32,000 bases of DNA from Candidatus Nanoarchaeia archaeon (GCA_028279745.1 JANQNC010000001.1:720001-752000); one strand, 5' to 3'; shown: positions 22,320-30,336, counted from the first letter of the stretch. Translations and numbers: made by a program. The notes: a model not told the origin generated them from the letters alone.

Positions 22320-24251
22320 GTGCTCAGGGAAGCAATAAGAAATAACAGAAATAATTCTTTCGGAAACTTAAACAGAGAAGAACAGATAAGACAAAAAGAG
22401 CTAAGACTAGAAGAAGAAAAACAAAGGCTGGCTGAAAAACAGTTTCAAGAATCAAAACTAGACAAAGCAAAAGCTTACGGAAGTGCTGCCGCAGGAAAAG
22501 CTGCATTTGCAGGTAAGAAAACAATAGGCGCATTAGACAAATTAACGAACGCAAAATACATGGGAAAAACAATCGTGCAAGCACCCATAAAAGTAATAGG
22601 TGGAATAGCAAACAGAGGTGGAGGAATAATATTTCTTGTAATAATCATCATGCTTGTATACGGAGCATTTTCTTTAACGTGGGCAGGACAAGAACCACTA
22701 CAACAACAAGCAGGACTACTGTGGGAAGGAATAAAGAACATAGGGTCAAAACCATTCGAAATCTACAACAACTATCTAACACAACTAGAACTTCAACTAA
22801 ATGGAAGTTTCTATAGAGGTGTCCAAGAAACCAAAGGAAAAGATTTTGGGATAAAGATAGTCAACTTACAGACACCTGTGCTAAAAGACACATTTGAAGA
22901 CCAACCAATAGAGATATGGGGCGACATAGATGGAGAATTTAATGAAGATTTAGTAGAAAAACTAAGCAGTGCAGGAGATATAATGCTAACATGCAGGACA
23001 AATGACGATGAAAACGGAACAGTAAGCCCAGAAACAATATCAATGTGGGATCTATATGCAGGAAGGCAAGGATTTACATGCGAGATACCTGAAGCAGAAG
23101 AAGGAGTCAAAACAGTATTCATAGAAGCAACATATCCTTTCAGAACAACAGCATACAAAGAGGTGCCATTACTGGAGAAAACACAAAGAGACATACTACT
23201 AAAAGAAGCACCATCAGAACTAGACAGGTTTAAGCAAGATCTGGCAGTGTCAAGCGGAGGACCTGCAACAATAGGACTCCACATAGACTCACCTTTCCCC
23301 GTTGTTGTTGATAGCACAGTATGTCCAGGAGAACCCTATGAACTAACAAGTGGATGTTTTGCATTCGCAACATTCTCGATATACCGAGAGACAACATCAA
23401 CAAGTGAACTCTTTAAAGAGATACAGGACATAACAATCTCACCAGAAAACGAAGGGATGATACTGCAGGAATGCAGCCCAATAAGGTTCAACAAAGTAGG
23501 AACTGAATGGAAAGCAGTTAGTGAAGATCTAGAAAAATATAAAGACTACACAGGAACAATAAGTTCAAAATGTGACGTAATATTCCAAGATCCAGATTTA
23601 TTACTTGGGGAAAACAGAGCAAATGCAAACTCAGTTCCGATAAAAATATCAGCAGATTACTTATTCACGAAAAAAATACCAAAATCGATCATAGTAAAAG
23701 AATCAACATACAACCTAATAACTGCAGAAGCATCACAAGTAAAAAAATACTTTGAAAGCAAAAACTCAGAGTTAACAGATTCGGTCGGGTGGATGGAACG
23801 AGAATCCCAAAGAACAAACATACCGCTAACTGTAATAGCAGGAGTTGCGTCACTAGAAAGCAACAATGGAAAAAGCGGATTATCAACACAAAGCAAAAAT
23901 CTTTACGGGATTAAATGTACATCTTCATGGGAAAGTCAAGGAAAGCCTTGCAAAGACTACCCAAAAAGCGACTTAGATAAAACTTACGAACCAGACGCGC
24001 CAAACAAATATAGAGAATATGGAAATTGGGAAGAATCCATAACTGACTTTGTAAACTTAATAAGCACAAGCAGCATATACTCTGAAGCAATGCAACACAC
24101 AGACAATGCAGCAGAAATGCTAAAATACATACACGGATACGAATGCAGAACAGACAGCACAAAATGCGTATACTCCACATACCCCCTATGGGCAAGCGCG
24201 ATAACAACCAGAATCAAAGACATGAGTGAAGAAGAGGTAACAGTAGCATGA
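22320..24251 (+). CDS. Membrane-anchored multidomain protein with a C-terminal GH73-like N-acetylglucosaminidase (peptidoglycan hydrolase) domain
   Basis: The N-terminal segment is charged and helical. One TM helix (GGGIIFLVIIIMLVYGAFSLTW) is followed by a ~370 aa extracytoplasmic region. The C-terminal ~145 aa carries GH73/FlgJ-type motifs: VIAGVASLESNNGKS (compare AALESGWG, putative catalytic Glu513 at nt 23856-23858), KNLYGIK (compare NLFGIK), YREYGNWEESITDFVNLI and YSTYPLWASAI (compare YATDPxYAxKL). The GTG start at 22320 is uncertain, and an in-frame ATG at 22560 is the alternative. Confidence 0.75.
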   Translation: MLREAIRNNRNNSFGNLNREEQIRQKELRLEEEKQRLAEKQFQESKLDKAKAYGSAAAGKAAFAGKKTIGALDKLTNAKYMGKTIVQAPIKVIGGIANRGGGIIFLVIIIMLVYGAFSLTWAGQEPLQQQAGLLWEGIKNIGSKPFEIYNNYLTQLELQLNGSFYRGVQETKGKDFGIKIVNLQTPVLKDTFEDQPIEIWGDIDGEFNEDLVEKLSSAGDIMLTCRTNDDENGTVSPETISMWDLYAGRQGFTCEIPEAEEGVKTVFIEATYPFRTTAYKEVPLLEKTQRDILLKEAPSELDRFKQDLAVSSGGPATIGLHIDSPFPVVVDSTVCPGEPYELTSGCFAFATFSIYRETTSTSELFKEIQDITISPENEGMILQECSPIRFNKVGTEWKAVSEDLEKYKDYTGTISSKCDVIFQDPDLLLGENRANANSVPIKISADYLFTKKIPKSIIVKESTYNLITAEASQVKKYFESKNSELTDSVGWMERESQRTNIPLTVIAGVASLESNNGKSGLSTQSKNLYGIKCTSSWESQGKPCKDYPKSDLDKTYEPDAPNKYREYGNWEESITDFVNLISTSSIYSEAMQHTDNAAEMLKYIHGYECRTDSTKCVYSTYPLWASAITTRIKDMSEEEVTVA

Positions 24252-25171
24252 AAAAAATATTATTTGTTTTGACACTGCTATCAGTACTTATTCTAGCAGG
24301 ATGTGGACAAAGTAGTGAGGGTGATGTAGCAGTAGACGAAAGAGTAAAAACAGGAACAAGAGGAATGCAAATGGAATTCATAAGAGACATCCCTTATAAT
24401 AACGAAGCATACGAACAAGAACAATTTCCACTGGCACTAACAATACGAAATGAAGGGGGATACGACATAACACAAGGATGGTTGGCAATGACAACAGAAG
24501 GACCTGTAGACGTCCTTTCAGTAGAAAGAAGTGGAACTGTCTACCAATTTGCAACACCAAACGACCCCTTGGGCGGAAAAGGGTTTGGAGAGACAGGGCA
24601 GAGTAGAAGGATAGAAGCAAACTTAAGAGCAAATGAAATAGCATTAACAAAAGAACAACAAGCAACAATAACAACAAAAGCATGCTATCAATATCAAACA
24701 ACACTAGTACAAAAAATATGCATCGACCCAGACATAAACCAAGAATTCCTAAGAATCAAACCCTGTAAGTACAAAAAAGACACAGGTATAAGCGGAGGAC
24801 AAGGTGCACCGGTAAGCGTAACAAATGTAGAATTCAAAAGAATACCTTATGGAAATAACATACAACCAGTATTTAAGTTAACAGTAACAAATAATGAAGG
24901 TGGAAAAATAATAGAAGAAGGAAACACTGGGGGAGCGTGCAGTACAGGAATAATTGCAGGAGCTTTCAACAAAATAAAAGCAGAAGCAAAAATAGGAGAT
25001 GAAAGACTAAGCTGTATACAAAAAGATGAAGACAGCCAAATATACATAGAATGTACAGGATCACAAATATCACAAAGCAAAACATCAGGCTACAAAGACA
25101 TAGTTGTTGATTTATACTACGGTTATATAATAGAAGACGAGAAAAATATAAGACTGCTAAAAAAAGAGTAA
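24248..25171 (+). CDS. Putative lipoprotein, paralog A (two CARDB-like beta-sandwich halves)
   Basis: The signal peptide and lipobox are MKKILFVLTLLSVLILAGC. Shared family motifs are LALTIRNEGGYD, ACYQYQTTLVQKICIDP, GGQGAPVSVTNV, FKLTVTNNEGG and VVDLYYGYI. There is an ATGA overlap with the upstream hydrolase gene. Confidence 0.75.
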   Translation: MKKILFVLTLLSVLILAGCGQSSEGDVAVDERVKTGTRGMQMEFIRDIPYNNEAYEQEQFPLALTIRNEGGYDITQGWLAMTTEGPVDVLSVERSGTVYQFATPNDPLGGKGFGETGQSRRIEANLRANEIALTKEQQATITTKACYQYQTTLVQKICIDPDINQEFLRIKPCKYKKDTGISGGQGAPVSVTNVEFKRIPYGNNIQPVFKLTVTNNEGGKIIEEGNTGGACSTGIIAGAFNKIKAEAKIGDERLSCIQKDEDSQIYIECTGSQISQSKTSGYKDIVVDLYYGYIIEDEKNIRLLKKE

Positions 25172-25231
25172 AAACAACAACATTATATAGAAAAGTTTAA
25201 ATAAGCAAATAGACGGATTTAATATACAAAA

Positions 25232-26116
25232 ATGAAAGGAAAAAACATACTACTAACACTAGCAATAATCGCAGTAATTCTAGCAGGATGTGAGCAAGGA
25301 GGACAAGGAACTGAAGGAGACACATCAACAGGAGTATACATAGGAACACAATCAATAGAAATACAATACAGAGAAGGACTACCCTATAGTCCAGTAACAA
25401 TAGATGATAAAGTAGATATAGGTGTTGAAGTAAAAAATTACGGCGCTGAAGATTTAACAGGTGGAAAAATAATGGTTGAAGGGATAACTTCAACAAACGT
25501 AGCAGTACAATCATTAACTGTTGAGGGAAAAGACACATCAGGAAGAAGTTATGGTGGGCCAGAGTACATAACATTCGAAAACATACCAATAGAAGGAGAC
25601 CAATCAATCATAGTAACCGCATGCTACCCATACAAAACAAAACTGGTAAAGAACTTCTGCTATGATCCAACCATAGGAACACAAACAAGAGAAGAAGTTT
25701 GCTCATTCCAAACACAAAATGCTATTAAAGACGGACAAGGAGCACCAATAGCAGTAACAAACGTACAGATAGACAGAAGAGAAAGAGGAGACAAAGCAAA
25801 ACTCATAATAACACTAGAAAACAAAGGAACTGGAAATATAAGAACACCATCAAAACCAACAATAGACTGTGACGGACAAGTACCAACACAAAACGACATA
25901 AACAGAATAAGGATAGATAAAGCAACATTCTCAGGAAAAACAGGAAATTGCAATCCAACAGTTGGTGGGTTGGTTGTAATGGAAAACGGAAAAGCAGTAG
26001 TAAGTTGTGAATATGCAGGAATGGGAACAACAACATCACAAAGACAGCTAGACCTAGAACTATCATATGGCTACGTAAGCCAATCAAAAATAAAAGAAAT
26101 CAAAGTTGAAACTTAA
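25232..26116 (+). CDS. Putative lipoprotein, paralog B
   Basis: The signal peptide and lipobox are MKGKNILLTLAIIAVILAGC. Family motifs are IGVEVKNYGAED, ACYPYKTKLVKNFCYDP, DGQGAPIAVTNV, LIITLENKGTG and LDLELSYGYV. Confidence 0.75.
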   Translation: MKGKNILLTLAIIAVILAGCEQGGQGTEGDTSTGVYIGTQSIEIQYREGLPYSPVTIDDKVDIGVEVKNYGAEDLTGGKIMVEGITSTNVAVQSLTVEGKDTSGRSYGGPEYITFENIPIEGDQSIIVTACYPYKTKLVKNFCYDPTIGTQTREEVCSFQTQNAIKDGQGAPIAVTNVQIDRRERGDKAKLIITLENKGTGNIRTPSKPTIDCDGQVPTQNDINRIRIDKATFSGKTGNCNPTVGGLVVMENGKAVVSCEYAGMGTTTSQRQLDLELSYGYVSQSKIKEIKVET

Positions 26117-26130
26117 AGGAGGACAACAAA

Positions 26131-27090
26131 ATGAAAAAAGCAATATCACTAACATTCTTGTTGGCATCGTTAATGCTACTAGCAGGGTGTGGAGAACAAG
26201 AAGTAACAACAGATGCAACAAAAACATTCATAGGTGGAACAACAGGCTTAGTAATGAGCTTTGAACCAGGCTTCCCACCAGAAGAAGTATTTGATGCAGG
26301 AAACTCACCATTCGACATAGATATCAAACTAAAGAATGAAGGAGAATACACAGTAGCTTCAGGCGACGTAGAAGCAAGAATAGTTGGGCCATATGCACCT
26401 GACTTCGGCGTAAGTGAAAATGACTTAGTAAAATCAAGTGCAGAAAGCATACTGGCAAAATCAACAAGCACAGAAGGACAGGTAATAGAGGGTGGAGAAA
26501 GCCACATAATCTTCACAAACCTAAATTATGGACAAGAGCTATCCGGAAATGAACTGAATAACTATAGAGCAGACATCTGCTACACATACGGAACAGAAGC
26601 AGTAACACAAATATGTGTGCTGAAAGATCTACTAAGAACAACATCAAGCAACATCTGTAACGTAAATGAAGAAAAGGAAGTGAGAAATTCAGGAGCACCA
26701 GTACAGATAACAAAGATAACAGAAAGCAGATACGGAACACAAGACATTGGGATAACCTTAGACATAGCAAACATAGGTGTTGGAGAAGTATACCAAAAAC
26801 AAATGAAATGTGATGCTACACAGCTAAAAGAAAAGAACAAAGTTTGGGTAGAAATAGACTCAGGATTAGAAACCCAACCAACATGTTCTGGATTAAAAGA
26901 TGAAGCAGGAAGCACAATAAGCGGTAATGCAGGATATGTAACATTAAGCCCAGACACAAAAACAACAAGATTAACATGTGTGCAGAAAGCAACAACACAA
27001 CAAGACTTCATAAAAACAGTCAACTTCAACTTAGAGTATGACTATTATGAAACAAAAGACTGGCAGTTGTTAATAAAACATCTAGGATAA
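26131..27090 (+). CDS. Putative lipoprotein, paralog C
   Basis: AAGGAGG at 26116-26122 precedes the ATG. The signal peptide and lipobox are MKKAISLTFLLASLMLLAGC. Family motifs are IDIKLKNEGEYT, ICYTYGTEAVTQICVLKD, NSGAPVQITKI, IGITLDIANIGVG and FNLEYDYY. Confidence 0.75.
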   Translation: MKKAISLTFLLASLMLLAGCGEQEVTTDATKTFIGGTTGLVMSFEPGFPPEEVFDAGNSPFDIDIKLKNEGEYTVASGDVEARIVGPYAPDFGVSENDLVKSSAESILAKSTSTEGQVIEGGESHIIFTNLNYGQELSGNELNNYRADICYTYGTEAVTQICVLKDLLRTTSSNICNVNEEKEVRNSGAPVQITKITESRYGTQDIGITLDIANIGVGEVYQKQMKCDATQLKEKNKVWVEIDSGLETQPTCSGLKDEAGSTISGNAGYVTLSPDTKTTRLTCVQKATTQQDFIKTVNFNLEYDYYETKDWQLLIKHLG

Positions 27091-27091
27091 A

Positions 27092-27110
27092 TTTTTATCC
27101 TTTCTTTTTT
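27092..27110 (+). terminator. Oligo-T tracts after the last gene of the surface cluster
   Basis: T5 (27092-27096) and T6 (27105-27110) lie directly after the stop at 27088-27090, in the 30-nt gap before the convergent gene. Confidence 0.45.
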
Positions 27111-27120
27111 ATTTCTCTTA

Positions 27121-28434
27121 TTATTTTCCTAAAGAAATATCTTCGTCTTCTAAATTAGAAAGTTCCGTGAAATCTGAGGCGAGACGCTTAATAATCTCCT
27201 GTTCTTTCCTTTCTTTAGCTTTAATTACACGATTAAGATGATCAACATGATCATTTAACTCAGAAATTCTAGACTTATAATCTATCTCTAGTTCCACATT
27301 GTCTTTGCTCATGCTGCTAATTTCTTGATTGAACTTTTTCTTAGCAGACTCAAGACTGTTTTCAAAAAATAGCTGTTTGTCTAAAAGTTCCTTATTTTTC
27401 TTCTTCAAAAGCTCTTTAAGCTCAGAAACAGTCAAATTGAGATTGTCAACCTCTTCGATAAGGTGCTTATTTTCTTTGTCAAAAACAGATAATCTTGCCT
27501 TAGAAGCGTCAAGCTCATCCTCAAAGTTCTTGTTCTTTCTTTCATCAACATTAAGCCTTTCCCGATAAGAGATCATATCATTATTAAGATGGATTATCTG
27601 CTGTTCTTTCTCGATTATATTTCTTTTAAGCGAGTCTATATTTACATTAAGTTTTTCAACCAACTGATCTCTCTTTTTTAATTCAGTATGAAGACTTTGA
27701 AGCTGCAAAAGCTTTTCCTTAACATTACCCTTCAAAGAATCAACATCAGTATTAAGATGCTTAAGCTGCATATTCTTTTCAGTGTTGAATCCAGATAACT
27801 CTTGGTTGAGCTTGTCAAATTTAAGGAGTTCATTTTCTAAAACTCTTATTTGCTTCTTTAAACCATCTGAAGCAGAAATCTCATAGTCAAGTCTATCGGT
27901 AATTCTTCCTTTCTTAGCAGATAAAAAAGTAAGTTGTCTCCCTTTAACTTCCAAATCTTTAGAAAGCATGTTGTTAATCTTATTCATCTTAACAACTTCA
28001 GAACTCAACAGGGCAATCTCTTTCTTAGCTTGTTCAGCAACACTTGCAAAAGTATCCTTATCTTGAGAACACATCTTCAGCTTTTTTTCAAGGAAGTCAC
28101 ATCTTTTAGACAAGTCTTTGATTGTTGAGTTAAGTTGTTTAGTATCTTTAGATAATAAAGTGTTTTCTTCAAGAATATTAAGATGTTTGTCTTCTTTCTT
28201 TCTTTGTGTGGATAACTCTTTAGTTAATCTGTCATTTAATGAGTTTAATTTGATTAAATCTTGTTTGAAAAGACTAACTTGACTTCTAAGCTCTTTATTT
28301 TCAGCCAGTAAGTCATTAATTTCAGAATCAAACTCTTGTTTTCTTCCAAGTTTTGATCTAAGTTCTTCCAATTCGGAATTCAACTTATTAAAAGACTCAG
28401 AAATAGGATCCAAAACCTCTTTTTTTCTTTTCAT
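27121..28434 (-). CDS. Hypothetical all-coiled-coil protein (437 aa)
   Basis: The sequence is heptad-like and rich in Leu/Lys/Glu/Asn/Ser along its whole length. It has no TM segment, no Walker motif and almost no Pro/Gly. It starts 6 nt after the rfcS stop, so it is probably co-transcribed. Confidence 0.7.
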   Translation of the reverse strand: MKRKKEVLDPISESFNKLNSELEELRSKLGRKQEFDSEINDLLAENKELRSQVSLFKQDLIKLNSLNDRLTKELSTQRKKEDKHLNILEENTLLSKDTKQLNSTIKDLSKRCDFLEKKLKMCSQDKDTFASVAEQAKKEIALLSSEVVKMNKINNMLSKDLEVKGRQLTFLSAKKGRITDRLDYEISASDGLKKQIRVLENELLKFDKLNQELSGFNTEKNMQLKHLNTDVDSLKGNVKEKLLQLQSLHTELKKRDQLVEKLNVNIDSLKRNIIEKEQQIIHLNNDMISYRERLNVDERKNKNFEDELDASKARLSVFDKENKHLIEEVDNLNLTVSELKELLKKKNKELLDKQLFFENSLESAKKKFNQEISSMSKDNVELEIDYKSRISELNDHVDHLNRVIKAKERKEQEIIKRLASDFTELSNLEDEDISLGK

Positions 28435-28440
28435 CTTAAC

Positions 28441-29388
28441 TTATTTTAGTACAAAGTTAGCCAGTAAAGCTTCAAGCTGTATGAATTCGTCACTTCCTTC
28501 AACAAGCCTAAATTCAATCTCTCCACATTTATCAACCAATGCAACTTTCTGTCTTCCATCCAGATCTAAATCCCAGATCTGCGCTTGAATCTGTTTTATC
28601 ACATCCAAGCCCGAAAGACCATATTTCAGCATAACATCTAATAATAAGGATCTTGCTTTTATAAAATCACCTTTAATTGCCACTTCTAACATAGTTTTAA
28701 TCTCTGCAGGCTTAGCGACAGAAGCCACACTAAAAATCAAAGACTCATCAATATTTTTTGAAACTGCTGCACAGCTCTGCATAATATTCTCTAACCTTCT
28801 GCAATCCCCACCAGATACTTCAAACAAAGCATCTTTAGCTTTATCATCAACCTTAATACCTTCCTCTTTTGCAACATGATCTATCAAAGATATCATATCT
28901 TCCTTTTCTAGATTTTTAAATCTAAATACTGCACATCTTGACTGGATAGGATCAATTATTTTTGAGCTGAAATTGCATGATAGAATGAACCTTGTAGTCT
29001 TAGTAAAATTTTCCATAGTTCGCCTTAATGCTTGTTGAGCATCTTTAGTCAAAGCATCACACTCATCCAAGAAAATTATTTTAAAAGGAACATCACCAAT
29101 TGCTCTTGTTCTTGCAAAATCTTTAACTTTTACACGTACAACATCTATGCCTCTTTCATCAGACGCGTTAAGCTCTAAAAAGTTTTGATGCCAAGAATCA
29201 CCAAACAATGTTTTAGCAACAACCAAAGCTAACGTGGACTTACCAACACCTGCAGGACCTGCAAACATCAAATGAGGAAGATTGTTCTGCTTAACAAAAG
29301 CATCAACCTTCTCTATAATGTCTTTCTGACCTTTAACATCATCAAAAGTCTGAGGCCGGTATTTTTCAGTCCAAATAGAGTCTACCAT
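28441..29388 (-). CDS. rfcS: Replication factor C small subunit
   Basis: The protein contains WTEKYRPQTFDDVKGQ, Walker A GPAGVGKST, Walker B/DEAD-like IIFLDECDALT, sensor SRC and the RFC box pattern. At 315 aa it contains no intein. Confidence 0.9.
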   Translation of the reverse strand: MVDSIWTEKYRPQTFDDVKGQKDIIEKVDAFVKQNNLPHLMFAGPAGVGKSTLALVVAKTLFGDSWHQNFLELNASDERGIDVVRVKVKDFARTRAIGDVPFKIIFLDECDALTKDAQQALRRTMENFTKTTRFILSCNFSSKIIDPIQSRCAVFRFKNLEKEDMISLIDHVAKEEGIKVDDKAKDALFEVSGGDCRRLENIMQSCAAVSKNIDESLIFSVASVAKPAEIKTMLEVAIKGDFIKARSLLLDVMLKYGLSGLDVIKQIQAQIWDLDLDGRQKVALVDKCGEIEFRLVEGSDEFIQLEALLANFVLK

Positions 29389-29432
29389 AATAATGAATAA
29401 TATATGTTAATATAAAAAGGTTCGGGTTAGAT

Positions 29433-29840
29433 TCAAATACCCTCAAAATGCTTTTCTAGCTCGTCAAGAACCATGTGATCCCCTTTGGCAATGTTAAGGT
29501 TTCTTGCCTCTTTCATTGAGAATAGTTTCATACCATCCCCTTCCTGAAGATTAAAATCCTCCAAGTTAACTTTCAAAGGTGCAACAAAAACATGACCAAC
29601 TAAAAAAATGTCTGGATACTTGACTGATAACTGTTTAAGATAATCAAAATCCTCAAGATGATAATCTAATTCTTCTTTTATTTCTCTTATTATTGCTTGT
29701 TCGGGAGTTTCTCCTTTTTCCATGCCCCCTCCAAAGAAACCCCAACGTTCCCCTCGTTTGTTTATAGTTTTTCGGTCTTGCAAAAGAACATTCTTATCAG
29801 AGTCATAAAACGCAACTACAGCAACATCTCTACGCTCCAT
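29433..29840 (-). CDS. Nudix hydrolase
   Basis: A Nudix box is present: GGGMEKGETPEQAIIREIKEELD (GX5EX7REUXEEXGU). Confidence 0.85.
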   Translation of the reverse strand: MERRDVAVVAFYDSDKNVLLQDRKTINKRGERWGFFGGGMEKGETPEQAIIREIKEELDYHLEDFDYLKQLSVKYPDIFLVGHVFVAPLKVNLEDFNLQEGDGMKLFSMKEARNLNIAKGDHMVLDELEKHFEGI

Positions 29841-29876
29841 TTTACAAAAAAAATTTAAAAAGAAAAGAAAAAAGAT

Positions 29877-30140
29877 CTAAACTATATCTTCTTCAGCAAT
29901 AACTACAAAATCACCTGTAGCGATAACTGCACTGAAAGGTATCAGAATACTTCCTTCTTTATCTTTCTCAAGCTCAAGCTTATCAGCATAACTTGTAGGA
30001 CTAGCAAGAACCATGTGGATAAGTTCACCGCTTCTTGTCTCAAATATTATATCTCCCACTTCTCCAAATCTTTTACCAATCTTACTTACAACAGTCTTTC
30101 CAATCAGTTGTTTTGTGAATTTTTTTTCTTCTTCTGCCAT
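29877..30140 (-). CDS. PRC-barrel domain protein
   Basis: An 87 aa protein. LIGKTVVSKIGKRFGEVGDIIFETRSGELIHMVL...LIPFSAVIATGDFVVI fits the small archaeal PRC-barrel pattern. Confidence 0.7.
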   Translation of the reverse strand: MAEEEKKFTKQLIGKTVVSKIGKRFGEVGDIIFETRSGELIHMVLASPTSYADKLELEKDKEGSILIPFSAVIATGDFVVIAEEDIV

Positions 30141-30293
30141 TTTATTACCCCTCTAACAATTTTTTTAATTATGAAATCATTACAAATCTATCAGCCATAA
30201 TATATAAACTTTTCCAAAAGAATATCATAAATCTGTATATTTCTACAACGGAACGGGCGTAAAAAAGGGTCCGTTTAGGAAAAATAAAAAAGC

Positions 30294-30303
30294 TTTTTAT
30301 ATA
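30294..30303 (+). promoter_or_regulatory. Candidate TATA box for tyrS
   Basis: TTTTTATATA lies ~38 nt upstream of the ATG at 30337, and GAGGT at 30327-30331 falls within the implied short leader. Confidence 0.4.
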
Positions 30304-30336
30304 GTGGATGATAAAATAGGGAATAAGAGGTATAAA

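Noticed and set aside
20999-27090. Reading the GH73-containing cluster as a prophage or mobile-element lysis module (endolysin plus structural proteins).
   Set aside because: I found no integrase, transposase, terminase, capsid or portal-like genes, no flanking direct repeats and no tRNA attachment site. Composition and codon style match the housekeeping neighbours. The hydrolase is membrane-anchored with a long stalk rather than a compact soluble endolysin. This reading is not fully excluded without database searches.
30141-30336. Possible small RNA or tRNA in the prc-barrel/tyrS spacer, including a GC-richer patch at 30247-30276 (AACGGA...TCCGTT).
   Set aside because: There is only a 6-bp stem with a 17-nt loop, no cloverleaf, no T-loop GTTCRANYC and no C/D or H/ACA box motifs. 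The region is better explained as divergent promoter space. The 17070-17340 and 10587-10703 spacers also showed no tRNA or box-sRNA signatures.
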